DNA of 64,000 nt from Octopus vulgaris (taxonomy: Eukaryota). A model generated the notes under the pieces. It searched no databases. It was not told where the DNA came from and saw only the letters and a list, made by a program, of their open reading frames with translations. Of the stretch, positions 38,963 to 53,383 are shown in pieces; position 1 is the first letter of the stretch, and every line of letters begins with the position of its first letter. Location: assembly GCA_951406725.2 (NCBI GenBank), contig OX597819.1:74338001-74402000 (forward strand). Reading direction: 5' to 3'. The position numbers were made by a program, and so were the translations under genes.

Positions 38963-39615
38963 TCATCACCACCACCATTATCATCATCATCGTCGTCGTC
39001 ATCACCATCATCGTTACCTTTGTTGTTGATTACCTTCATTGATATATCCCGATTATCTTCCATCATTATTATTCAAATGAAGAGGCGTGGGGTGCCCGCC
39101 CGAGTACCCGCCCGAGGTTCCCTTAGCTTTGGGGTATCCAGGATGGGGTGGGCTTCCTTTGTTGCTTCTGGGTGGAGCTTCTCCCCTTCTCTTATTCGAA
39201 TTTCTTCTGTTAATTTTTATTGTTTCTTTACTCGTCACATGCATTATATGTCGTGTTGTATCGTTCTGCAGTTTTGTTTTTGTGCGGCCCTTGTGGCCAA
39301 TAAAGAAAGAATTATAATTATTCGAATTCGATCGAGGTCGACTTTGCCTTTTATTCTTTTGGAACTGATAAAATATGTACCAGAATACACGGGTGGGGGA
39401 GGTTCCTTCAAATTGCTGACCTTGCGCCAAAATCTAAAATTAATATGATTGTCGGGATGGCGGGGTCAGATCAGTTGGTAACCGGATTATACCGAATCCA
39501 CCCACCATCATTAAGGATGCACCAAATACCCAGAGAGTCACTCTGGGTATTTGACAGAGCCATTCAAATTCCCACGGTTTCTATGCGTTAATATTTAATA
39601 ATCGATTCTATTAGA

Positions 39616-39648
<33 letters not shown>

Positions 39649-40032
39649 GTATGTGTGTCTGTGTGTGTAAGTGTGTGTAAGTGTGTGTGTGTAAGAGGGA
39701 GATACAGGAAGAGAGAGAGTGGCAGAGAGAGTGAGAGTGCGTGTGTGTGAGAGGGGGAGAGAGAGAAAGAGTGAGAAAGTGAGTGAGAGTGCATTTGTGT
39801 GTGAGAGAGAGGGCGTCTGTGTGACACAGAGAGAGAAAGAGCGAGAAAGAGAGTGAGACAGAGAGTGTGAGAGAGAGAGAGTGCGTGTGTGAGGGAGAGA
39901 GAGAGAGGTGTGGGGGTAGAGAGAGACTTGTCATTGTGACGTCCTCTCATCCGATGCCCTTCTACAAACACCATTTCTATCTGTGTTCTATTTCTTGTTC
40001 TTTCCTCTTTTGATCGATGTAAACTTGACCTC

Positions 40033-40100
<68 letters not shown>

Positions 40101-40356
40101 CACGCGCGCGCGCGTGAATGTGTGTGTACTTCGGCCTTTTATCTTCTCGCCAATGCCTTCAGCCCCGGTGGCCAATAAAAATTATTGTTATTTAAGACGT
40201 CCGCCGAGGTCGAGTTTGCCTTTTATCCTTTCGGGGTCAATTAAATAAGTACTAATTACGTACTGGGGTCGATGTAATCGACGCAATCTGTTCGTCAGTC
40301 CTTGTTTGTCCCCTCTGTTTAGCCCCTTGTGGGTAATAAAGAAATAAAAATTATTA

Positions 40357-40425
<69 letters not shown>

Positions 40426-40628
40426 GTTGTTGTTGTTGTTGTTATTGTTATTATTATATTATTATTATTATTAGTAGTAGTAGTAGTAGTAGTAGTAGTT
40501 GTTGTTGTTGTGGTGGTGGTGGTGGTGGTGGTGGTAGTAGTAGTAGCGGGGAGCTAGCAGAATCGTTAGCACGCCATTTTGAGTTCAAATTCCGCCGAGG
40601 TCGACTTTGCCTTTCATTCTTTCGGGGA

Positions 40629-40680
<52 letters not shown>

Positions 40681-40686
40681 TGTAGT

Positions 40687-40897
40687 GCGGCGGGCTAGCA
40701 GAATCGTTAGCACGCCAGACAAAATGCTTAGCGGTATTTCGGCTGCCGCTACGTTCTGAGTTTAAATTCCGCTGAGGTTGACTTTGCCTTTCATTCTTTC
40801 GGGGTCGATGAAATAAGTACCAGTTACATACTGGAGTCGATATAATCGACTCATTCCCTTCCCAAAATTGCTGCCCTTGTGGCAAAATTTGAAACCA
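40687..40897 (+). mobile_element. tRNA-derived SINE family C
   Basis: GGCGGGCTAGCAGAATCGTTAGCACGCC...GAGTTTAAATTCCGCTGAGGTTGACTTTGCCTTTCATTCTTTCGGGGTCGAT. Other copies at ~39325, 40195, 40546, 41843, 51470, 54005(-) and 61450(-). Confidence 0.8.
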
Positions 40898-40918
40898 TTA
40901 TTATTATTATTAATATTA

Positions 40919-41019
<101 letters not shown>

Positions 41020-41547
41020 GAGTGAAAGAGCAGTGCATGCCATCAAAATGACACTGGAGTAAAATATACGAAGCCCAGTATACTCATCATGACTTGCCCA
41101 TCTGATAAAGGTACACCAGCACATGCATCACATATGTGCCACATGGTGATCTCATCAAGATAAACAGCACATGACCTTGCAGGTGGGGCCCAGTCTTGAG
41201 TAGCCCATCCCGCTCAAACGGTTCTTGAATAAGGGTTGTTTAAGGATGATGAACAGAAACCACCCATGTTTCCAAATGTGAATTATCCAAACCCCAAAGA
41301 ATCCTTCTCAATACATGGCTATGATACTCTCCCACTACTTCTGCTCATGATCAGAGTTGCACATAGTCTGCCACTAAGGGACATGCTCAACTGGTTACAG
41401 GTCAAACGACCAACAAACAAATCTGTGGTATTGAGCAGAATATTTGCTGTAGCCCATCTTTTATACCAAGACAAAACAATGTACATGATAACACTTCCAA
41501 TCAGTTAAGATCAGAAGCCATGAGAGCCACTGCCTGGTACTGCATCA

Positions 41548-41603
<56 letters not shown>

Positions 41604-41842
41604 GAGTGAAAGAGCAGTGCATGCCATCAAAATGACACTGGAGTAAAATATAGGAAGCCCAGTATACTCATCATGACTTGCCCATCTGATAAGGGTACAC
41701 CAGCACATGCATCACAACCATGCATCAAGATAAACAGCGCATGATCCATCTCGCTCAAAAGGTTCTTGAATAAGGGTTGTTCAAGGATGATGAACAAAAC
41801 ACTTATGTTTCCAAATGTGAATTATCCAAACCCCAAAGAATA
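41020..41842 (-). mobile_element. Two tandem copies of the (TAA)n-embedded repeat (41020-41548; 41603-41842, internally deleted)
   Basis: Both start GAGTGAAAGAGCAGTGCATGCCATCAAAATGACACTGG immediately after (ATT)n. Homologous to 13683-14035. Confidence 0.85.
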
Positions 41843-42486
41843 GGCGGCAAACTGGCAGAATCGTTCACGCCGGAGAAAATGCTTAGCGGCATTTCGTCTG
41901 TCTTTACGTTCTGAGTTCAAATTCCACCGAGGCCGACTTTGCTTTTCATTCTTTTCGTACATCGATAAAATATAATACCAGTCAGATGCTAGGGCTAATG
42001 GTATCGACTAACTCCTTCCTTCTAAAATCTGTTCGCCACGTAGCTCAATCCGAAACAATTATTGTTGATTTTTATGTTGCTAACCCTCTTGAGCAGTGAC
42101 CCTCAGTTGGGGGATACATCGGCCCCACGGAGCCATACATTTTTTAGAGGCTATAAAAAAGAAATAGATATTGGAACCGCATCAGTTACAAATAAATTTT
42201 ACTGCCAGGAGTTTGATGGCATTGGAGTGTCACCTCTCATATAATACAAAGGAATGGGAAATATTCATACAATTAATGGGGAAAATAAACTTATTCCTTG
42301 TGTGTTAAGAGACAACAAGCATGGAGGCACGTGGTTTAGTGGTTAGAGTGTTGCACACATCGTGAGATTGTGGTTTCGATTCCAGGATCGGGCGATGCGT
42401 CATGCTCATGAGCAAAAGCCTTTAACTCAGCTGCGAATAAGGAGTAATCGTGCGACGGATCGGCGCCCCGTCCCAGTGGAATACAT

Positions 42487-43566
42487 ACACTACAGAATGT
42501 AGGAAACTAGCCTACAGTTCAGGATGGGCCTTTGAACTTTTTGATAAGGAATCTAAGCAAAAAAGAGAGGAGGATAACCCCTGTAAATCCAGTTATTCGA
42601 CCTTTGGGGAAAATAAAGACGATGCAGGTGAGAATGAATTTTGTCTTTGAAAAGAAAAGACGTTAAATTTTGCGAAGAGATTATTTGTGTTTTCATCCGA
42701 AAACTCAAATTACTCAGAATTAACATGGGATGTCCCCAGTTGGTGTCATTTCCGTATTTTGTTCTCATGGATATTGAACTGAAAATGCTGCTCTTTGTGT
42801 ATATGTTAAGTATCTGAAGTATTTATATCCTGATATGAATTGACTTCCAATTCCTCGTATTTCTAGTAATAAGCGTTTCAGTTTAGGTGGTGAATCTATT
42901 TCAGAGCATTTCCAACTGACTTATCCCCCCACCCACACCCGAAATTGCTGGCCTGGCGCCAAATTTTGAAATCAATGTTAGACAAGAGGACAGCTTCATC
43001 CAGTAATCAAACAACATGCGTTACTTCAACATGGCAAAAAATAGTGGAAAAACAGGGAAATATTCATTAAATTTCCAGTATCATAGCAGCATGGAAAGTT
43101 GTTGCGTTATAGCTTTTCCCATTTCTTCTGTTAAACTTAACTTCAGCCAAGCGACTTAACCGTGCGGCAAGATATAAAAAGAAATCTTGCGCATATACAT
43201 CAGCCACAAAGATCGCTCCCGCCAAACTGCTATATGATTTACACACGCGCACGCACGCGCGCGCACACATACATACACAAACACTGAGAGAAGAGATTTG
43301 TGTGTATGTGTGTATGTATGTACGTATATATATGCACACACACACACACATATATTTTTTTATACATACATACATACATACATACATACATACATACATA
43401 CATAGGTGCAAACGTGATTGTGTGGTAAGAAGCTCGCTTCCCAACCACATGGTTCCGGGTTCAGTCCTACTGCGTGGCACCTTAGGTAAATGTCTTCTAT
43501 TATAGCCTCGGGCTGACCAAAGCCTTGTGAGTGGATTTGGTAGACGGAAACTGAAAGAAGCCCATC

Positions 43567-43621
<55 letters not shown>

Positions 43622-44394
43622 GTGTTTGCGTGTGTATGTGTGTGTGTGTGTACTTTGTCTGTGTTTGCCTCCCCGCTATTGCTTGACAACTGATGCTGGT
43701 GTGTTTACGCCCCCGTAACTTAGCGGTTCGGACACTACAGAATGTAGGAAACTAGCCTACAGTTCAGGATGGGCCTTTGAACTTTTTGATAAGGAATCTA
43801 AGCAAAAAAGAGGGAGGATAACCCCTGTAAATCCAGTTATTCGACCTTTGGGGAAAATAAAGACGATGCAGGTGAGAATGAATTTTGTCTTCGAAAAGAA
43901 AAGACGTTAAATTTTGCGAAGAGATTATTTGTGTTTTCATCCGAAAACTCAAATTATCAGAATTAACATGGGATGTCCCCAGTTGGTGTCATTTCCGTAC
44001 TTTGTTCTCATGGATATTGAACTGAAAATGCTGCTCTTTGTGTATATGTTAAGTATCTGAGTATTTATATCCTGATATGAATTGACTTCCAATTCCTCGT
44101 ATTTCTAGTAATAAGCGTTTCAGTTTAGGTGGTGAATCTATTTCAGAGCATTTCCAACTGACTTATCCCCCCACCCACACCCGAAATTGCTGGCCTGGCG
44201 CCAAATTTTGAAATCAATGTTAGACAAGAGGACAGCTTCATCCAGTAATCAAACAACATGCGTTACTTCAACATGGCAAAAAATAGTGGAAAGAACAAAA
44301 AGGGAAATATTCATTAAATTTCCAGTATCATAGCAGCATGGAAAGTTGTTGCGTTATAGCTTTTCCCATTTCTTCTGTTAAACTTAACTTCAGC
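42487..44394. repeat. ~660-bp direct duplication (42487-43147 and 43732-44394)
   Basis: Both start ACACTACAGAATGTAGGAAACTAGCC and end AACTTAACTTCAGC. The spacer holds a truncated SINE A (43415-43730). Confidence 0.9.
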
Positions 44395-46290
44395 TGCATC
44401 TATTTGTGGCGGTTGCGTGAATGTAATTTGAGTCCAGGAATGGATTTTGTTATGAAGTCACAATGGGGGCACTGATGATTTTGATTTTGTCTGGGACTGG
44501 ACAAATGTGTCTCTTGGTTGCAGGATAGAATTCTTTTATTGTTCTGTTTCTTCATGCCAAATTTTTTTGACGCATCCTGACACATTTTACACCATGCAGA
44601 TCGATCAAGGCAATCAATTTCTTATGATGTCTAATTTAGCTCTAGAGACTTTAATGATTGCTTCAATTTATCCTTATATCTAAGGATGTGCCTTCCCTTA
44701 CTGCAGTGTTCCTCTGCTTGTTGGCCATACAAAAGAATTTTTGGAATGCGGTCAGCCTTCATTCGAGCAACATGTCCTACCCATCTGCACTGAATTCTCA
44801 GCAGCATTCTAAGATTTTGACATTTGACATCTTGCCATTTTATGTTGCAGATATTGCACAAACTGCATATGTGTAAGATTTCAAGTTTCTTTATATATCT
44901 GAAGTAGGGAGTCCATATTTCTTCCCCATACAAAAATGTGCTCAAAATTTGTAGACAGCCATATTGACTTTCAGACTGACACCGTGTTCATCCTACAAAC
45001 AATGGGAAAGTCTTCCAAAAGCATTTGTAGCCTTAGACATTCTAACATTGCTTTCGTCATCAAAAATAATCTTAAAGTTTACTGTACTTCGAAGATATTT
45101 AAATGACCTGACCCATTTGAGTGGCTCGTTGGCAATCATCACATTTGAATCTTGAGTATGTCCTGTCTCAGGGTTTGGTTGGAATAAAACTTCACTCTTC
45201 TTGATGCTGGTAGTCAGTCCAAAAGCACAAACCGCCACAGCAAACTGGTCAACTGTTTCCTGAATCCCCTTAAATGCGTGAGAAATCGAAGCCCAATAAT
45301 CAGCTAACAGAAAGCCTCGTAGTGTCTCTTACTTGATCTGAGACCTTGCTCTTTTAGGTTTAATAGACCTCCTTCAGAAAGAAACTGGACCTTTATACCT
45401 TCATGGTATAAAATGTTGGAGCATTATTGAAAAGAATATGGGAAAAAGTACATGAGCTAAAACACATCTCAACATTGACTACCAGATATCACTGTTGCCA
45501 TCATTCCTTTGTGCAGGGATACCATTACCCTTATCATTTTATCAGGAAGACCAACTTTTGACAAAATTTTTTCCACAGCACCACACGATTCACTGTATCA
45601 AAGAGATGTTTATTGATGTGGTTCAGGATCACCATCGCAAGAATTTTTCCAGCTATGCACAACAAGCTTATTCCCCTGTGATTATCGCACAAACTCTCCT
45701 TCCTATTGTTTTTGTACAAGTGCGTTATAGATGCATCTTCGAATTGTTGATCAAACAAATCAATTTGTTCAGCTTTCTTACAAGCTGTCTACCCCCATAC
45801 TTGTACATTTCTATAGCAATACTGTCTTGTCCTGGAGCTTTACCATTGAACATTTTTTAAACAGCAGTATTTATCTCTTCCAGGGAAGGATCTTCCGCAA
45901 GCTCCTCAATTATAGGCTTCTGAAGGGTTTCATTGCAACGCATCTTTTCAGAACTTCATCCTTGCTACTTAAGACTTTTGACCCATCATTTGAAAGAACT
46001 AGTTCCGTGTCACCCTTTTTAGACCAAATACATCTTTCAGATTGTCATACAATGCTCTCAAGTTGTGAGAGATAGCAGCCTCTTGGACATGTTTTGCCAC
46101 CAGTAATTTTTCATCTCACATTTTACGGAAATGTTTTCTTAGAGGCAGGGGTGCATATTTGAGTGCTGGTGTGTTTTCGTCTGAGATCGAAACCTTGTGT
46201 CTTTCGTGCATAGTTTATAGGAGAGGTTTAATTAAAAAATTGTCATCGAACCAATCTTGGAGCTTGCATTTGACGAATCCTAATTTGATG
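44395..46290 (-). mobile_element. RTE-clade LINE remnant
   Basis: CDNHRGISLLCIAGKILA, FGLTTSIKKSEVL, FKYLRS, RWVGHVARMKADRIPKILLYG, and a C-terminal CPHCDF..GLKLH zinc finger. Many frameshifts. Confidence 0.9.
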
Positions 46291-46400
46291 CTGTCACGAA
46301 TATTGTGTCACAAAACTTGAGGAACATTGCTTTCTGCTATGTTCTCATACTTTGAATACATACATACATACATACATACATACATACATACATACATACA

Positions 46401-46432
<32 letters not shown>

Positions 46433-46904
46433 AACATACATACATATATATATGTATGTATATATATATATATATATATCTGCAACATCCAATTTTTATT
46501 ACACGTGTGACATTCATTTCAATACTTCAAAGAATTAAATTGTATTGAACAAGGTGTTACCTTCCTTGTAAAACGAATAACAAAGGTGTAACATTTTAAC
46601 TTCCTTTAACCGAGTTATTGACGCCTCTCTCTCCCCCTCCCTCTCCTTCTCCTCCTCCTTCTCTCTCTCTCCAAATATAACTTTTATCTTTTATCTTTCA
46701 CTTGTTCCGGTCATTAGACTGCGGCCAGAACGAATCGACTTATTATTTATTTTTTGTAAAGCCTGGTATTTATTCTATCGCTCTTTTTTGCCGAACCGCA
46801 AAGTTACAGGTAAGTAAACACGTCAACACCAGTTGGTGGCGGACAAATACACACAGTGGTGTATGTGTGTGTATATACATATATATATACTCTTTCTCTC
46901 TTTT

Positions 46905-47305
46905 TCTCTTTTACTTGTTTCAGTCATTTGACTGCGGCCATGCTGGAGCAGCGCCTTTAATCGAGAAACTCGATCCCGGGACTTATTCTTTTGTAAGCCC
47001 AGTACTTATTCTATCGGTCTCGTTTGCCGAACCGCTAAGTAACGGGGACATAAACACACCAGCATCGGTTGTCATGCAATGCTAGGGGGACAAACACAGA
47101 CACACAAACACATACACACACACACATATATATATATACATATATACGACAGGTTTCTTTCAGTTTCCGTCTACCAAATCCACTCACAAGGCATTGGTCG
47201 GCCCGGGGCTATAGCAGAAGACACTTGCCCAAGATGCCACGCAGTGGGACTGAACCCGGAACCATGTGGTTGGTTAGCAAGCTACTTACCACACAGCCAC
47301 TCCTG
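46905..47305 (-). mobile_element. SINE family A, well-preserved copy
   Basis: Complete head-to-tail match to the family. A partial copy is adjacent at ~46690-46860. Confidence 0.85.
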
Positions 47306-47974
47306 CATACAAGAAACTTCAAATGCCGTGATCGACTTCTGAGAGCAATGGACCGTGTAGCGAATCGCCCACGCCCCTGCTCCGGGTGTGGTGGTTTTGA
47401 GCCTATAACATCTCAGCATTCATTTTATAAAGACAAGGATATAATAACCTTTGTTACCTTTCTAGCAGGATACTTCACTAAAACTCTCTTAGAATTAACT
47501 AAGAATGCAAATTACTTGGAAAAATATGTGGCTGTGTGGCAAGAAGTTTGCTTCGCAGCGACATGGTTCTGGGTTCAATTTCATGGGGTGACATTTTGGA
47601 CAAGTGTGTAAGAAATGAGATGCTAAAGGATTAACCGATGATCCTATGAGTTTCATCAGCTTACAGTTATTTCCATTATCAGATGTGGTGGACTCATTGT
47701 TGAGTGCCTTACAGTTTCATCAGAGCCTGTATGTCTTCGTGTCTGTGATTCTTTTCCCGCCCCACTCCACCGCTTGACAACAAGTGTTGATGTGCTTACA
47801 TCCTGTAACTTAGCAGTTCGGAAAAGTGACTGATATAATAAGTACCAGATCTTAAAGAAAATAGGTGTTAGGGTCGATTTCTTCGACTAAAAAGTTTTCA
47901 AGTCGGTGTTCCAGCATGGCCGCAATCTACAGACTGAAACAAATAAACGGTTTTGTTTTGTTTTATTTATCGAG

Positions 47975-48765
47975 GCATCAGCCAGTTAAGCTGATTGTCT
48001 GGGCCAGCCTGACTACCCCCTCCACCCCTCCTGCTCTTCCAATAGTGTTTTTAGGTCTTCAACTTGGCATCCAACATCTACAAGCTGTTGTATATACATC
48101 CTCTATGGTCTTCCAGTTGCTGTGGTACCATGATTTGGTGTCCACAGCAACACATTACTCACAAGTACTTCTTTATTTCTCTAGCAATGGCCAGTAAACT
48201 TCAATCTCCGCTCTTGGATGGTTGATGAGAATGTTGATTAATTTCCATATAACCGTTGTTTTGTTGGGTGCTCCATCCAAGGGATGTTGAGCTCTGCACG
48301 TAATATTCTGGTGTAGGCACTGTCCAGCATGCACCTGAGTCTCTAGGTGAGAATCTAAGTTGGAGATCCATATACAAGCATAAATTCAAAAACTGGTCTG
48401 AAGAATTGTCCTTCAATTTATCTGGTAGGGTTGACTTCCATATCGTTCTAAGACCGTCTATAGCTGCCCAACCCTTAGCAACGAAAGATTTAATATCTTT
48501 TTCAGTGGACATGATGTTGCTGCCTTGGTAAGAAAACTCGTTGACATTTTTCAAGGCCTTCTGTTTGGTGGTCTTTATTTCACCTGTTGTGTTCGGGGTG
48601 ATAAACTCTATTTTCTTTTCATTCACATATGGTCCTATGTTAGCAACAGAACCTTCCAGGAGATGGAACAAATGTTCAGCATCTTTTGTGCTGTCTGCGA
48701 AGAGCGCTATGCCATCAGCATGATCGGCGTCAGTCAAGTAGGTGGTCGGATATCCGGTCACCTAA
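47975..48765 (-). mobile_element. RTE-like LINE remnant (second family)
   Basis: LTDADHADGIALFADS...IGPYVNEKKIE..VNEFSYQGS..KDIK...GWAA..LRTIWKS corresponds to RT domains 5-7, decayed. Confidence 0.8.
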
Positions 48766-49101
48766 GTAAACGGTGAAAGGTAAAATGATTTCTGATGAAT
48801 GCTTTAATGTTGTTGACACCATTGATAAAACTAAGATACTAATACCGAAGAACGATTCTAAAATTTATCTTTTATCTTTTAATCACTTCAGTCAGTCGAC
48901 TGCTACCAACTGCGGCACTGTCTTGGAGGGTCAAACAAATCGACTCCCAGTCTATATTTGAAAGTGTCATACTTATTCCACCCATTTCTTTTGCTAAACC
49001 GCTATGTTACGAGGACGTAAACAAACCAACACCGATTATCAAGCAGCGTGGGAGAACAAACGCAAAAAAGACACACACACCTACATTTACGTGTGTTTGT
49101 G

Positions 49102-49135
<34 letters not shown>

Positions 49136-50683
49136 ACAAACAACAGTTCATCCTTCGAAATTCCAAGGATGACCCCCACCATCCACTTTATCCTTGGACA
49201 AGTTCTTTTTTTTCTGGCTATCAGCTATATGCATTATATGAACCTTATGCATAATGGACACGTTGCCCCCCCCCCTAACTTTTGCTGCATTCCCTTATCA
49301 CACAGATAGATGTGCATTACTCATATACGTGACGTCACATCATTCACAGAATACATATATACACAAACTCAATTATGTGAACATACACAAACACGAACAA
49401 AACACATAATGCAGGTGGGAGTGTGTGTGTGTGTGTGCCTGCGTGCGTGCGTGCGCGTATGTGTGCGTGCGCGTGTGTGTGCGTGCGCGTGCGCACGTGT
49501 ACATATGTGCGTTTGTGTATATGTGTGTGTGTGTGTGTTTGTGTAATTCATGTACATGACGGCCTTCCGTACAGTTTTTGACTACCAGACGCACACATAA
49601 GGCTTTGGTCGGTCCGAGGCTATCGTAGAAGACCCTCGCTCAAGATGCCACGCAGTGCGACTGAACCCGAAACCACACGGTCGCAAAGCTTCTTAACCGC
49701 AAAGACAACCCTCCATCCTGAAAAGTGTTAGAATTTCTTTCAATTCTTCAATTATTTTTCTGTTTCAAAAGTGAAATTCTTTGAGGTTTTTGTTGTGAAA
49801 GGATTCTGAATTAACTGTAGCAATTAAAAGATTATCACCCGAACAACCAATTTAACCAATCCGTTAGCGAAGGCGCGTGGCCCAGTGGTTAGATGTACTT
49901 CACTCATGGTCGCGAGATCGTGGTATCGATTCCCAGACCGGGCGGCGGCGCATTGTGCTCCTGAGGAAAATACTTCATTTCACGCTGCCCCGTTCCCTTC
50001 AGCTGAAAATGGTTAACCCCGCGATGGGTTAGCAGCTCCTTCAAGGAATAGCCTGTTTCTATCTCACTCATTTATATGCCATGGAAACCTACCCTTGAGA
50101 CTGTACTTATTTTACGATAATGGTTTCTACGTTCAAGGAAGACCATTATCGATCTCATTTGTGTGATGGGTTAGTCGATTGTTTTTTATAAGCCCACAAC
50201 TCAAGAGTTCGATTTTTAGCAATGCTTTGTGTCCTTGAGCAAGACACTTTATTTCACGTCGCTCGAGTCCACTCAGCTGGCAATAATGAGTTGTACCTGT
50301 TATTCAAAAGGGGTCAACCTTGTCACATTCTGTGTCCTGCTGAATCTACCCGAGAACTACGTTAAGGGTACGTGTGTCTGTGGAGTGCTCAGCCACTTGC
50401 ACGTTAATTTCATGAGCAGGCTATTCCGTGGAACGGGTCAACTGTTGCAATAATCAACGGGGAGCCAGTTAATATCCCCACGAGAATGAAAAGCAAAAAT
50501 CAACCCCAGCTGAACTCGAACTTAGAATTTCAATGGGCAGAGGTACATCACTGAACCTATAAATGCTCTAATAACCGAATTTTCATAAGAATACCAAAAG
50601 GAAAGCAAATGTCAAAGAGAAATATTTAGATTTCCGAGTGGTCGGGCGCCTTTAAATGAATGCGCTTTTTTGAATGGGAATGT

Positions 50684-50739
<56 letters not shown>

Positions 50740-52299
50740 ATATACATGCTAATTTATTACATTGAAGAAAGAAAATCTAATAAAAGGTGTGGGTACAATT
50801 GGCATATTTTTATGTGGGAAACTTTTTCTCAGGATTGTTGTCAATTGAAAGTCAAGCTAGAAGCAACAGGATGTATTTGATATTTTTTCATTCGTTGTAA
50901 ATAACAAACTCAGTCTCACCACTATTTTTAATTAACACGATTTTCTCCAAAGAATCATTCTTTTTAATATTGAAGGCGTGACAAATTGTTAGCATGATAG
51001 AAGCTAAACAGCTGCAGTTATTATTTTTCTAATGCAGCAATTAAAATAATTTTATTTCAAAACACTCTTTAAACCATGACAATAGCCTAACCAACCAACT
51101 TACATATATATTTACAAACTGAGAACTCTGACATGAAATTTAAATTTATCTCTCGACCTAGTTTTAGAGCTAAGATATTCAAGTAAGCTTCTCAATTTGA
51201 ATTTTAAATTAACATTTAGAGCAATAAATTAATTGACATGGCTATGTAGCAAAGTGGTGGAGTGGTGCTGTATTTTTCAGTGGTTAGGGGCTGAAGTCTT
51301 TTTTGGCAAACGAGAGCAATTTGGATGTAAACGCTGTTCACTTCTCATTTGCTGTTAAAACAGAGTTGACGTTGTTTAGCGAATATTTTTGTATTCCGTC
51401 CTGTCTTGCTGCTTTCAGTATCTTGGGCCTCTGTGATATCACCATTGTCGTCGTTGTTGTTAATATTTTAGGACGGCCAGCTGGAAGAATTGTTAGCGCG
51501 CCGGGTAAAATGCTTCGCGGCATCTCTACCGGCTCTTTACCTTCTGAGTTCAAATTCTACCTTGGTTGTCTTCGTCTTTCATCCTTTAGGGGTCGATGAA
51601 ATAAGTACCAGTTAAATGCTGCGGTCGATATTCTCGACGTACCACCTTCTCCAAATTTCCCTTTTTTCACAGCCTAATATAGGACACAGCCATATTTTAG
51701 CCTGGGCCAGCCTTTTTCGAGTATAGTTGCCCCTCAGTTTATACGGCTTTCTCTTAGCACGGTTTTCATTTGGTTTGAGATTTAAAAATTTTACTTTTGC
51801 TTTACATTTACAGAAACATACCACTTCGTCATTTCCCTTTAATTTCTTTCATTTTCCTTCAATTTCATTCTTCGGTTAATTTGAAATTTTTCTTAATGTT
51901 TTATTAAAATATTCTCGAGATTGAATAATGGAATTTCGATTATCAAAAAAGATGATTTTTCTGGAAATGAAAAATTTATAAATTAAACAGATTTTCAAAT
52001 AGAAACTGCGAAACAGATTATTATGATAGAAGTAACTATTAAAACAATTTGTAAAAAGAAAATGAAGAAAATCTCAGACCAGAATAATCGATAGTTCTAC
52101 AGTAACTTTAAAACACAGAATACATACATAGCATTGTTATAGAAACAATGGAAAGGGCTCTGTTATTTTGGACTGAAGATAAAAAACCAGTATTACTACA
52201 ACACCTGTAAATATGTATGTATTTATGTATGTATGTCGTTATTCATTTTTATTTCAAGATTTCTTGCCAATAGAGCCGGTTTCTAACCTAGACCCAAGG

Positions 52300-52351
<52 letters not shown>

Positions 52352-52395
52352 TCCTAGCTACGTTAAGGACGTGTATGTAAGTGTGTGTGTGTGTG

Positions 52396-52480
<85 letters not shown>

Positions 52481-52843
52481 GATATATATATATATACATG
52501 ATGTATATATACATATATAGATAGATAAATGTAAATACACACAGACATATGTATAAATACATATACATACATACATATATATACTGTATACACTCACACA
52601 CGCGCGCGCGCACGCATATATAAAATAATTATTTCTAAATTTCTGAACGAGAGACATTCAGTAACAGTACTCTATTGGCCAAAATAATGTGCCAGTCTTG
52701 GTTAGGACGACTGTTACTGTTATTTAGCCCTAGGAAGCATCGTCCCCGGCTGGCTATTCAATACACTATCTGCATCATTATATTGGCAAATAATCTTTAC
52801 TCTAGAATACTGTTACTGACTGTCCCTTTTGAAAAGTAAATAT

Positions 52844-52978
52844 TTCGAACAGGAGTTTAGTGGTGCCATCTCCAGCCGAGCAGTTATTCTGTGCTGATGA
52901 AGAGAAATAACACAGAAACCACTGGTACACAGATATTGCTTTGAGTTGAGTGGGAACGCTAAACTCCCTTGTTCGAAA
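52844..52978 (+). ncRNA. Type I hammerhead motif (52888-52933) at the tip of a long hairpin
   Basis: TCTGTG-CTGATGA-agagaaataacaca-GAAA-CC act GG-TA-CACAGA. Outer arms TTCGAACAGGAGTTTAGTG / CGCTAAACTCCCTTGTTCGAA. Stem II is degraded. Confidence 0.7.
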
Positions 52979-52995
52979 GTCTTTACTCTATGTAT

Positions 52996-53037
<42 letters not shown>

Positions 53038-53214
53038 GAGTGATGGCGCAAATCAGTGTTTACGTATAATCACAATTTAGGTTAGTTGAAATATGTTTGT
53101 CACATATTTCATCTGCTAAAGGCAAATACACTGCAGTTACAGTGAAGAAAAATCTCTCTTGTGGTAAAAAGGTGTGAAAACATACTGTTCGTTCAGTGTC
53201 GCCCTCTCCTGGGA

Positions 53215-53383
<169 letters not shown>

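Noticed and set aside
39053-39430. 125-aa and 76-aa ORFs as coding exons
   Set aside because: Low complexity, partly SINE C derived, and no homology recognised.
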